Shown: positions 28,741 to 37,564 of the stretch, in pieces
Layout of the letters: each line of letters begins with the position of its first letter
How positions within the stretch are numbered: the stretch's first letter is position 1
From: an uncultured Planctomycetaceae bacterium
GTDB taxonomy: Bacteria > Planctomycetota > UBA8742 > UBA2392 > JABWBM01
Direction: 5' to 3'
Assembly (NCBI GenBank): GCA_964548115.1
Contig: CAZJPQ010000008.1
Coordinates: 17,683-81,682, forward strand
DNA: 64,000 bases
Translations under genes and position numbers: made by a program
Notes under the pieces: model-generated
What the model was told of the DNA's origin: nothing
Database searches by the model: none
What the model saw: only the letters and a program-made list of their open reading frames with translations

Positions 28741-29973
28741 ATGAAAGTTTTTGGCGGTTATAAGGCAGAGCAGGATCGTCTGGTGTTGGCTGATCTGCTT
28801 TGGCCCCATGAGGATCTTTCAGACTGCCAGCTTCTGCGTCAGCATGCTCTTTTGATTGATAAACAAGGGTGCTTACAAGAGCATGGGAGAGCAGCAGATC
28901 TTTTGAGACAGTATCCAAGCCTTAAGCAAGAGGTGTATCAAGGGGTACTTGCCCCGGCTTTTGCCGATGCTCACCTGCATTGGGTCCAGCACGGTATTAT
29001 GGGGCGTTATCACTTGCCCTTGCTTGAATGGTTGGAAAAATACGCATTTCCTGCGGAAGCCGTGCTGAAAGATCAAGAACGTTGCCAGCAGGCCGCAAAA
29101 CTTTTTTGGCATGATTTGATCAAATCTGGAACTTTTGCCGGGCTTATTTATGGCAGCTCATTTCAAGCAAGTGTTGATGAATGCTTGAGACAGGCTGTGG
29201 GACTTTATGCTTGTGGCGCGAGTGTTATGACCCAAAATGCACCTCCGATATTGCTTCAAAGTCCAGAGCAGGCTTTTCACGAACTTCAAAGGACCCATGC
29301 GTATTGGCAAGAAGCGGTTGCTGTAACGCCTCGTTATGCTTTAAGTCTTGATGCCGAGCTTATGCAAAAGCTGGGGCTTTATGCCCGCGAGCATGGGCTT
29401 GTGCTCCAAACTCATTTGGCTGAGAATCAAGAGGAGGTGGGTGCTGTTCTGAGGGCCTACCCAGAAGCAAAGAGTTATACTGAACTCTATGACCGGCTTG
29501 GATTGCTTTATGAGCGTACGGTTCTTGCCCATTGCATTTATCTTGATGATTGGGATTTTGAGTGTCTAAGACAGCGGAACTGTTTCGTTGCCCATTGCCC
29601 CAGCAGCAACATGGCTCTTGGCTCTGGCAGGATGAAGCTTGAAAAAATAAGAGAACATGGTGTAGATTGGATGCTTGCTTCGGATATTGGGGCAGGGCCG
29701 TCTCTATGTATGTTTGATGTGATAAAGGCTTTTCTGAAGCTCCAAAAAAATACGTGTGATGTCAAAGCGGGTGAAGCTTTTGCTCGAGCTACGGTCTTTG
29801 CACTTCCACAGCGCTTTCTCCCTGATTCTATGCCAGCATTTTTCAATCTTTTGCCGGAAGCTTTAGAAGGCGAAGCAAGCGAGGAGTATCTCTTAAGGTT
29901 GCTGACACAATATCAAAGAGGCAAAGAAGAAGAAACGATTCTGAAGCCAGGAGTGATAGGGCTTGAAGTATAA
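28741..29973 (+). CDS. guaD: Guanine deaminase-like amidohydrolase
   Basis: PAFADAHLHWVQ, TPRYALS, QTHLAEN, LAHCIYL, HCPSSN..LGSG, LASDIGAG. Confidence 0.82.
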   Translation: MKVFGGYKAEQDRLVLADLLWPHEDLSDCQLLRQHALLIDKQGCLQEHGRAADLLRQYPSLKQEVYQGVLAPAFADAHLHWVQHGIMGRYHLPLLEWLEKYAFPAEAVLKDQERCQQAAKLFWHDLIKSGTFAGLIYGSSFQASVDECLRQAVGLYACGASVMTQNAPPILLQSPEQAFHELQRTHAYWQEAVAVTPRYALSLDAELMQKLGLYAREHGLVLQTHLAENQEEVGAVLRAYPEAKSYTELYDRLGLLYERTVLAHCIYLDDWDFECLRQRNCFVAHCPSSNMALGSGRMKLEKIREHGVDWMLASDIGAGPSLCMFDVIKAFLKLQKNTCDVKAGEAFARATVFALPQRFLPDSMPAFFNLLPEALEGEASEEYLLRLLTQYQRGKEEETILKPGVIGLEV

Positions 29974-30398
29974 ACTCTTGTTTTTGTTAGAAGGGGTTTG
30001 AAAGTCAGCAACCGAATAAAAGCTGGTTTTGTAAAAATCAAAGAGGTCGGTGAAAAAAATAAAAGGGCGCTTCTGTCTCTTAACTTATAAAACAAATCTT
30101 CAAACTATCTTGGGGTTTCTTTGGAATCATGAAAGGTGATGAAATATAAGATTGGATTACGTGTTTATCCATGATAAGGGCTTGGCCACTGAGAAAGTCT
30201 TGTTGCTGAAGGTCTTGCTTGAGAATTTAAAAAGTAAGTATTTTGGCACTTTATGTTTAAAAGCAGAGAAAGCTCTTTCCTTGAAAAGATTTTCTTCATA
30301 GTCTTTGGTCATCATGGTCTTTGGTGATAAACGATATAAGGTTAAGGAAAAGATTGCTTTCTGGTTAGCAAAAAAAAGTTTGATAGCAAGCGGTATAG

Positions 30399-33300
30399 GT
30401 GATGAAGCAATTCTATAAGCATAAGCAATTTCAAAAAGCTGTTCTAACGGGTAAGTTTTACCTCTTAGGGGTTTTCATTCTTTTTGCAGTATTAAGCATA
30501 AGCACTCAAGTTTCTTTTTTTTCAGTGGGAACGCCATTTTATGCCCAGAAAAGTGAAGAGAAAGAATTCGACAAAACTCTTTCCCTGGAAGAGGCAGAAG
30601 GCATTGCTGTTCATCAGATTCTTTTTCATAAGCTTGTAGAGGGTGAAGAGACACAGGCTCCTCCGGTGGGGGCAAGAGGATCTGAAGTTCAAAATATTTT
30701 AAGAACAACCAAAGGGCAGCGACTTCAGAAAAAAGATATTAAAGCAGATCTTCTGGCGCTTAGAGAAACCTATGCTTTTTTTGCTTCGGTTCAGGTGCGC
30801 TTTGTTCAAACAGAACAGGGGCTTGTCGATGTGGTCTTTGTCTGTGAAGATCAGAAAATAGCCCAAATTAAGGTGCTTGAGCTTGTTGGGGGGGGGTATC
30901 AGAAAGCTTCTCCAGAGTTGAATTTTCAAGTGCAATCAGCCTATCAACAGAATCGTGATCAGGAATTTTCTCTTTCTAATTTGGACAGTATGGTAGAGCG
31001 CTTGCACCAAATAGGAAACTACATTGATATTAAGCAGGAATGGAAATACACCCAGAGCGGGGTCGTCTTAACCATTCGTCTTGTAAGGGCTGAAAGCATT
31101 GATCGAGTTTTGCTTGCTGGAATTTATGACGGCGAACAGGAAACTCTTGAAAATATGCTTGAGATCAAAGAGCGAGGGTCCTTGCGTCGCGATCTGTTGG
31201 CCCAAGCTCGTTTTCAGATTCAAGAGTATTATAAAAACGAAGGTTTTCCTTTTGCTGATTCAAGTGTACACATTCTTGTTTTTCCAGAGGCTGGCAAAGA
31301 GAGCTCTCGAAGTGGGTTAGCAGAACGTTTCCCGGAACTTTCAGAAGCTGCACTTGAAAAGCTTGAAGACGAGGCAGAGCCTGGAGAAAAAATTCTTCTC
31401 TTTGATATTCATGAAGGGCCTCATGTTCAAATTGCAGAGTTTCATTTTAAAGGACTGGAAAGACTTGTTGACTTGCCGCAAAGCCAGGCCCTTGAGCCTG
31501 GAAAATTACCAACGAGCTATTGGCCTTTATGGTATGCCTTGCCCTTTACCGAAAGAGAAGATCGGGTTAAGCGAGCACTTTATAGTGTGATGGAAAATGG
31601 AAAAACGCTCTTTACGGCAAAGCCAGATTTTGTGCTTGAGAAAGTATTGCAAGATGCCTTTTTAATTCAAAGTCATTTACGCCAGAATGGTTGGCGGGAT
31701 GCCGAAGTTTCATTGAAAGATGTTGATTATAACGATGACCGCAGCCGAGTTGAAGTGACTTATGACCTTCGACCTGGGCCGGTTTATCTCTTGAATGCTG
31801 TTGCAGTAAGGGTCAAAACCCATCCCTTGCCTGGGAACCCTGAAGGAGACGTGGTAGAGCCAGTTCTTGGTGCCTCAGAAGTTTTTGAAATTTTAAACCT
31901 TCAAGGGGGTATCTCTGAACAGGTATTGCAAGATCTTCAGCTCCATTCCGAGAGCCAACAGGGATTTCACGGCTGGCAACTTCAACCAACCATCCCTTAT
32001 AACAGTGCACTATTCGAAGGGAACCCTCTGGATCCTCTTGACAAGGGTGTCTATCAAGATATTAAAAATGCTTTTGGAGAAAAGGGGTACTCTCGTGCTC
32101 AGGTCAATTCTCAGGAAGTTTTTCTTCAGGCAGAGTCTGCTTTGAATCCAACGGAAGAGGAAGGGTGGCAAAAGGATCAGCACTTCATTGGTGTGGCGCT
32201 TTTGCTTGATGTCGATCAAGGTCAGCGCTTTCGAATTCGTCGTATTTCAGTACGTGGAAACAAGGAAACAAAAACGAATGTGATTCGTCGCCAGCTGCGA
32301 ATTTTTCCTGGAGAAGTTTTTAGCATAGAAGAAATGGATAAGGCTGCGAACCGTTTACGACGCTTGCGCTGGTTCGATCAGGGGACCCCTGGGGCTGGTG
32401 TCATGATTCACCCGCTTTGGACAGAAGAGGTTGATCCTGATGACAAACATTTTTTGTTCGTAGACCTGCTTGTTGAGGTTCAGGAAGGCAATACGGGCTC
32501 TGCAAATTTTTCGGCTGGGTTTTCTCCAGGTGTTGGTGTAACGGTCAGCCTTGCTGTTTCAAAGCAAAACTTTGATATCTTTGATCTGCCCTCTTTTACG
32601 GGGGCGGGGCAGTCAATTTCGTTGACGCTGGAGCCACCTGTTGCACAACGACAGCGTTATGCCTTTTCGTTTTCGGAACCTTTTTTGTTTGGCTATCCCC
32701 TTGAAGGTCGACTTGAGATTTCCGTACAAGAGCTTGACTTTGGTCCTTTTACACGCGCTGAGGCCGGCGGACGAATTTCTTTTGGCTATAATCTTTTTCG
32801 AGATTTGAACCTGCGTGTGAGTTATGAAAATTTTGAAAATGAGGTTAAAGAGGTTGCTCGAGGAGCTTCCTTTGAAATTCGAGAGGAAGAAGGGGAAACT
32901 CGTCTTGCTGCAATTGGACTTGAAGCTGTTTATAACACCCTTAATCGACAAGTTTTTCCAACAGAAGGGTATCGTTTTTCACTTGAAGAGCTTCTTGCTT
33001 GGGAGAATTTCGGCGGTAATGTAAATCTATGGCGTATTACTGCTCGTGCTAAACAAGCGTTTTTGATCTATGAAATCGATGAAGTAAGAGAGATTGCGCT
33101 GTCAATTCAGGCTTTAAGCACAGTGCAGCGCGAGTTCGGTTCAAGTGATCGCGTACCCCTTTCCCAGCGACTTTTCTTGGGAAGTATTTCTCCGACAAAC
33201 TCACTACGAGGGTTTGAGCGCGCAGGAGTTGGACCCAGTGCAGGTGATGATCCTATTGGTGGAAATTTTCTTGTTAACGCTACAGCAGAGATTTCTGTTG

Positions 33301-33530
33301 AAGTTGCCCCTGCGTTCTTCTGGCTTGTTTCCTTTATCGATGCTGGACAGCTTGTTCAAAATATCGAAAACTTTGATGCTTCAGGGATTACGGTTTCGGG
33401 AGGTTTCGGATTCCGGCTCCAGCTTCCGATTGCACCTTTACCAATAGGAGTCGACTTTGCCTGGCCTCTTTACAATCAACCGGGAAACCAGGAAGAGGTG
33501 GTTGCTATTAATCTTGCCTTTGGTTTTTAA
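30399..33530 (+). CDS. bamA: Outer membrane protein assembly factor BamA (Omp85)
   Basis: POTRA signatures (IRRISVRGNKETKTNVIRRQL), VEVQEGNTG barrel start, LRGF lid motif, C-terminal Phe (NLAFGF). Confidence 0.92.
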   Translation: MMKQFYKHKQFQKAVLTGKFYLLGVFILFAVLSISTQVSFFSVGTPFYAQKSEEKEFDKTLSLEEAEGIAVHQILFHKLVEGEETQAPPVGARGSEVQNILRTTKGQRLQKKDIKADLLALRETYAFFASVQVRFVQTEQGLVDVVFVCEDQKIAQIKVLELVGGGYQKASPELNFQVQSAYQQNRDQEFSLSNLDSMVERLHQIGNYIDIKQEWKYTQSGVVLTIRLVRAESIDRVLLAGIYDGEQETLENMLEIKERGSLRRDLLAQARFQIQEYYKNEGFPFADSSVHILVFPEAGKESSRSGLAERFPELSEAALEKLEDEAEPGEKILLFDIHEGPHVQIAEFHFKGLERLVDLPQSQALEPGKLPTSYWPLWYALPFTEREDRVKRALYSVMENGKTLFTAKPDFVLEKVLQDAFLIQSHLRQNGWRDAEVSLKDVDYNDDRSRVEVTYDLRPGPVYLLNAVAVRVKTHPLPGNPEGDVVEPVLGASEVFEILNLQGGISEQVLQDLQLHSESQQGFHGWQLQPTIPYNSALFEGNPLDPLDKGVYQDIKNAFGEKGYSRAQVNSQEVFLQAESALNPTEEEGWQKDQHFIGVALLLDVDQGQRFRIRRISVRGNKETKTNVIRRQLRIFPGEVFSIEEMDKAANRLRRLRWFDQGTPGAGVMIHPLWTEEVDPDDKHFLFVDLLVEVQEGNTGSANFSAGFSPGVGVTVSLAVSKQNFDIFDLPSFTGAGQSISLTLEPPVAQRQRYAFSFSEPFLFGYPLEGRLEISVQELDFGPFTRAEAGGRISFGYNLFRDLNLRVSYENFENEVKEVARGASFEIREEEGETRLAAIGLEAVYNTLNRQVFPTEGYRFSLEELLAWENFGGNVNLWRITARAKQAFLIYEIDEVREIALSIQALSTVQREFGSSDRVPLSQRLFLGSISPTNSLRGFERAGVGPSAGDDPIGGNFLVNATAEISVEVAPAFFWLVSFIDAGQLVQNIENFDASGITVSGGFGFRLQLPIAPLPIGVDFAWPLYNQPGNQEEVVAINLAFGF

Positions 33531-33658
33531 AATCTGCACTCAAGGGGTATTCTAGCCTGAAAGCAGTGCTTTTTACTTTTCTGACGTAAAGCAAAAAAGT
33601 ACGATAATTGCATATTTGTATCAAGATCATTAAAGATGTATGAAAAGAGGGATGTATT

Positions 33659-34015
33659 GTGCAGTCTAAAAGTACAAAGCTTCTTGAGCCTGGAGAAATT
33701 ATTGCACGCTCTGTCAGGGACAAACAGGGAAATGTTCTTGTGCACGAAGGGGTTGAGGTTACAAGAACCTTGATTCGAGTTTTGGAACGACGAGGAGTTG
33801 AAGAGGTTGCAATCCATGAGCAAAATTCAAGCTTTGATGATGGGCTTCAACAAGAAAATAAGTTGGATGATTCTGTATTAAGACAGCGGATCTCAAATAT
33901 GGAAGAGCGTCTTGCTCTTGCTTTCCAGGAACGTCTTGAAAACCCTGCTATGGCAGCACTTTATCAGGCGGCATTGGGCTATCTTTCTGGTAAGATCATG
34001 AAGACTCAAGAGTAG
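33659..34015 (+). CDS. Small protein resembling the N-terminal module of HD-GYP proteins; HDOD partner
   Basis: LEPGEIIARSVRDKQGNVLVHEGVEVTRTLIRVLERRGVEEV pattern; lies directly upstream of the HDOD gene. Confidence 0.7.
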   Translation: MQSKSTKLLEPGEIIARSVRDKQGNVLVHEGVEVTRTLIRVLERRGVEEVAIHEQNSSFDDGLQQENKLDDSVLRQRISNMEERLALAFQERLENPAMAALYQAALGYLSGKIMKTQE

Positions 34016-34146
34016 TTTGCACGGAAGCACAATCTTAAGTTAAGCATTTTGCATGTTCGTTGAGAACCGTTCATTGCTTGAGCTTTCTTCTTTTTTAAAT
34101 ACATGTGTGAAGTTCCTGTTCTATATAAGAATCCAGAGGCGAAATT

Positions 34147-35016
34147 ATGGTTGTTGATGCTGAAAAAGTTGAAGAATTACTTTCGCAGGTTAAAGAACTC
34201 CCAAGTCTTCCAACAGTCGTGACCAAGCTTTTAGAGCTGCTCAATAATGAAAATGTTCAAGTGAAGCATGTCGCGGATCTTATTGCAGCAGACCCGGCTT
34301 TTTCAGTCAAAGTCCTTCAGCTTGTAAACTCACCATTTTACGGGCTTTCCAAAGAAATTAGCAGTGTTTCTCAAGCTGTTGTGATACTTGGTTTTTCAAC
34401 TATTCGTTCGCTTATTCTGGGTGCTTCTGTTATTGAAGCTTTTCGTGGCCCAGGAATTCACGAAGGCTACTTTAGTCCAGAGACATTCTGGCCCCATTGT
34501 ATTGGAACAGCTGCAGGGGCTTTTGCTCTTGCAAAGCTGACAGAGACAGATCGTCCAGAAAATGCTTTTTCTGCGGGTTTGCTTCATGGAGTTGGACTTC
34601 TAGTTCTTGATCAGCATTTACCAAGTGTTATGAAGGATATTCAGGAGCGGGTTGAAGTTGATGGGTTAAGCCTTCTGGAAGCTGAAGAAGAAGAAATTGG
34701 AGTAAACCACGCCTGGGTCGGAGCAAAGCTGCTGGAATTTTGGAGTCTGCCGGCAGAAATGGTAGCGGCAGTTCGTTTTCATGCAGATGTTGATCAAGCT
34801 TCCAGTGATAGTCGAAGGCTTGCAGCTCTTGTTCATTTAGCAGATATTTTTTCTCGTACACTTGGTTATGGTAATGCCGGGGAGCCAGGTGTGCCAAATA
34901 TGAACGAACACGCTTTAGAAATATTAGGACTGACTCCTTCTTCTTTCAGTATTCTTCTGGAGCCGATTGATGAAGAGATTCAAAAAGCATCAAGCTTCTT
35001 GGAGCTTATAAAGTAG
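34147..35016 (+). CDS. HDOD domain protein
   Basis: ELPSLPTVV, IAADPAFSVKVLQLVNSPFYG, FWPHC, AFSAGLLHGVG, HAWVGAKLLEFWSLP, AVRFH. Confidence 0.93.
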   Translation: MVVDAEKVEELLSQVKELPSLPTVVTKLLELLNNENVQVKHVADLIAADPAFSVKVLQLVNSPFYGLSKEISSVSQAVVILGFSTIRSLILGASVIEAFRGPGIHEGYFSPETFWPHCIGTAAGAFALAKLTETDRPENAFSAGLLHGVGLLVLDQHLPSVMKDIQERVEVDGLSLLEAEEEEIGVNHAWVGAKLLEFWSLPAEMVAAVRFHADVDQASSDSRRLAALVHLADIFSRTLGYGNAGEPGVPNMNEHALEILGLTPSSFSILLEPIDEEIQKASSFLELIK

Positions 35017-35101
35017 CTGGATAAAGTAAGGAATCTTTAACAAACTCAGGTTAATTGAGGGAATTTTCCCATATTCGTTGTAGCTGTAAGGAAGAGTGTA
35101 C

Positions 35102-36943
35102 ATGTCTGGAGAGTCTCAAGAACAGTTTGAAAAAAATCCAGAACAGAGTGAGCGTAATACTTTTATGCCAGCAAACCCTGAAAAAGAAATACTTTCTTTT
35201 AAGGATTTGCTTGATCAGGAAACAAAAGATTATGTTGACCAAGAGCATCAGCTCTTAGCTCGCCTCAAAGAATTGTTTCTTCAAAGTGAAGCCGACCCAA
35301 AAAGGGTACAACAGCTTGAAGACCTGATTGTTCATGTTGATGAATTTTTTCTTTTTGTGGTCTTAGGTGAGGTCAAGGCTGGGAAGTCCAGCTTCATTAA
35401 TGCTCTTGTTGGTCAAAAGGTTTGCAAGGAAGGAGCGATTCCGACTACTGATAAAGTTTGGATTCTTAAATATGCAGAGCAAATCCGAGAGCGTGTGATT
35501 GATGATTATCTTATTGAGCAGTACTATCCTTTTGAGAAGTTAAAAAACCTTAGTATTGTTGATACCCCAGGTACAAATTCAATTGTACGCCGTCATCAGG
35601 AGATTGCGGAAGATTTCATCCCTCGCTGTGATCTTGTTCTTTTTACAACAAGTGTTGACCGTCCTTTCAGTGAAACAGAGCGGGAATTCCTGGAGCTCAT
35701 CGTCAAAGGGTGGGCTAAAAAGATAGTCTTTGTTTTAACGAAGACAGATATAAAAGAACCGGATGAGCTTGAAGAAATTCAAAAGTACCTGAAGAACTCG
35801 TGCTTGCAATTTTTTGGTTTTGAGCCAACTGTTTTTCCGGTTTCGTCAAAACAAGCCTATCAAGCAAAGGACGAGAACAATCAAAAGCTCTATCAGGATT
35901 CTGGGTTTCATGCTCTTGAAGATTATCTTTTTAAAGAACTTCATCAGCGTGAAAAACTAAAATTGAAGCTTTGCTCGCCTTTAGATGCGGCTTTAAAGTT
36001 GAAAGAGCAGACTTTAGAACAGTTTGAGAAGCGTTTGGAGCTTTTAAAGGAAGACGCTACAACTGTTGAAACAATCCATGGGCAGTTAGAACAATCACAA
36101 AAGGAGTTGAACGAAGGTTCGGAGCGTTTTCTTGAGGAGCTTGAGAAAGTGCTTTATGAGTTTGAAACCCGTGGGCTTCACTGGATTGATGATAACGTCA
36201 CAATTACGAATATTCGACTTCTTCGTAATCCTGAAGCTTTTCGACATGCCTTTGAGGTTGAGGTGGTTAAGGACTTCAGCCATAAGATTGAAGAAATCTT
36301 GCAAGCGTGTCTTGACTGGTTCACAAAGAAGAATCTCAAGGTTTGGCAAGATACCCTCAACTACTTTAATCAAAGAGTTGATGCGGAGAAAGCTGCAGGC
36401 AAGGTGATTGGACAAATTTCAACACAATTTGAATATCGACGCGATACCATGTTTGAAGAAGCTCGTTCCAAGGTCCAGGAAGAGCTCAACAACTATGATC
36501 GAGAATATCAGATCCGGACTATTTTAAGTCGTATTTCGAATTCTTTACGCCTAACATTTGGAGTCTCTTTACTCGCAGTTGGCGGAGCGATTCTGACGGT
36601 TCTTTTAGCATCGGCAACAGCCATTGATGTTACAGGAGTTATAGCAGGCATTACCCTGGTTGGTTTTTCGCTTTTTGTGCTTCCAGCCAAAAGACAAAAG
36701 ATTAAACGTGACTTTTCAAAACGCTTGGCAGAGTTGCGGACTTCTTTAAAAAAATTAGTGAGAAAACAGCTGGAGCAAGAGGCTGAAGAAGCTGTTGATC
36801 GTATCAGTCAAGTTGTAAGGCCCTACACGGATTATTGTGAGCGAGAGCGTAAGAAGCTGATAGGGTTTCAAGCAGAAGTGTTAGAAATTAAAAAGCAAAA
36901 CCAGGATTTGCGTCATCAGATAGAGCAAAAGCTTAAAGAATAA
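35102..36943 (+). CDS. Bacterial dynamin-like GTPase (mitofusin/FZL-like) with a C-terminal membrane hairpin
   Basis: G1 GEVKAGKS, G2 IPTT, G3 DTPG, G4 TKTD, long helical stalk, two hydrophobic segments (FGVSLLAVGGAILTVLL; VTGVIAGITLVGFSLFVL). Confidence 0.88.
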   Translation: MSGESQEQFEKNPEQSERNTFMPANPEKEILSFKDLLDQETKDYVDQEHQLLARLKELFLQSEADPKRVQQLEDLIVHVDEFFLFVVLGEVKAGKSSFINALVGQKVCKEGAIPTTDKVWILKYAEQIRERVIDDYLIEQYYPFEKLKNLSIVDTPGTNSIVRRHQEIAEDFIPRCDLVLFTTSVDRPFSETEREFLELIVKGWAKKIVFVLTKTDIKEPDELEEIQKYLKNSCLQFFGFEPTVFPVSSKQAYQAKDENNQKLYQDSGFHALEDYLFKELHQREKLKLKLCSPLDAALKLKEQTLEQFEKRLELLKEDATTVETIHGQLEQSQKELNEGSERFLEELEKVLYEFETRGLHWIDDNVTITNIRLLRNPEAFRHAFEVEVVKDFSHKIEEILQACLDWFTKKNLKVWQDTLNYFNQRVDAEKAAGKVIGQISTQFEYRRDTMFEEARSKVQEELNNYDREYQIRTILSRISNSLRLTFGVSLLAVGGAILTVLLASATAIDVTGVIAGITLVGFSLFVLPAKRQKIKRDFSKRLAELRTSLKKLVRKQLEQEAEEAVDRISQVVRPYTDYCERERKKLIGFQAEVLEIKKQNQDLRHQIEQKLKE

Positions 36944-37267
36944 ACTTTTTATCTCATGCAAAAACTACCATAAAAAAAAACTCAATTTTCTTCTTTTTTT
37001 TATAAAATATGCTAAATTAAACCCCAGGGTTCTTTTTTAGGCGCAAAAAAAGTAAGATAATAAAAGGAACCGGGGGAACTTTGGCAGGTAGTTTGTCTTC
37101 TCGAATTTCAAGAGTTTTGTTCTGTCGTGACTTATTTTTCTTAGAAAAAAGAGAAAAAGTCTTCAGAAAAAAACGAAATCCCCCGAACATATATTATATA
37201 TCCATCTCTTTTATTGTTATGAGATGGAGTGTGTGCTGAAAAATATGTAATTTGAAACGAGAATATA

Positions 37268-37385
37268 AGACCATAAAGCCCATGCTCTTTCCCCTCTTTG
37301 GTGGGCACTTATGGGTCTGGGCTGCCGAGAGGTAGCCTCTGATATTAAGCGAAGGCCTGCAGCTAAGCAGGCCTTCGCTTTTTTG
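37268..37385 (+). ncRNA. Candidate structured RNA (sRNA or attenuator leader), family not recognised
   Basis: GC-rich island in an AT-rich 620-nt gap: a bulged hairpin with a pyrimidine-rich loop, a GAGA-tetraloop hairpin, then an intrinsic terminator. Confidence 0.5.
37347..37385 (+). terminator. Rho-independent terminator
   Basis: Perfect 14-bp stem AAGCGAAGGCCTGC / GCAGGCCTTCGCTT, 6-nt loop, run of T on the + strand. Confidence 0.85.
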
Positions 37386-37564
37386 TTTACTCATAAATAA
37401 AAGAAAATTATACGACCCAATAAAGTATTAGATTAAAAAGATTTGACTTTTGGGGTTTTTCAAACTTCGAAATAATGTTTTAAGCTTGAAGCTTCGCGAT
37501 TAAGAAAATAAGACAGCCTAAACAATAATTTGGCGAAATAGAGAGCAAAAGCAGGAAGGCTATT

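Noticed and set aside
30143-30315. Possible ~51-aa ORF on the - strand in the guaD-bamA gap (MMTKDYEENLF...)
   Set aside because: No clear RBS, Phe/Lys/Ser-rich composition typical of AT-rich non-coding DNA, and it overlaps the likely bamA promoter region.
37268-37385. Assignment to a known riboswitch or housekeeping RNA (c-di-GMP-I, c-di-AMP, SAM, TPP, cobalamin, T-box, 6S, SRP)
   Set aside because: None of the invariant motifs of those families that I know could be found on either strand; left unassigned.
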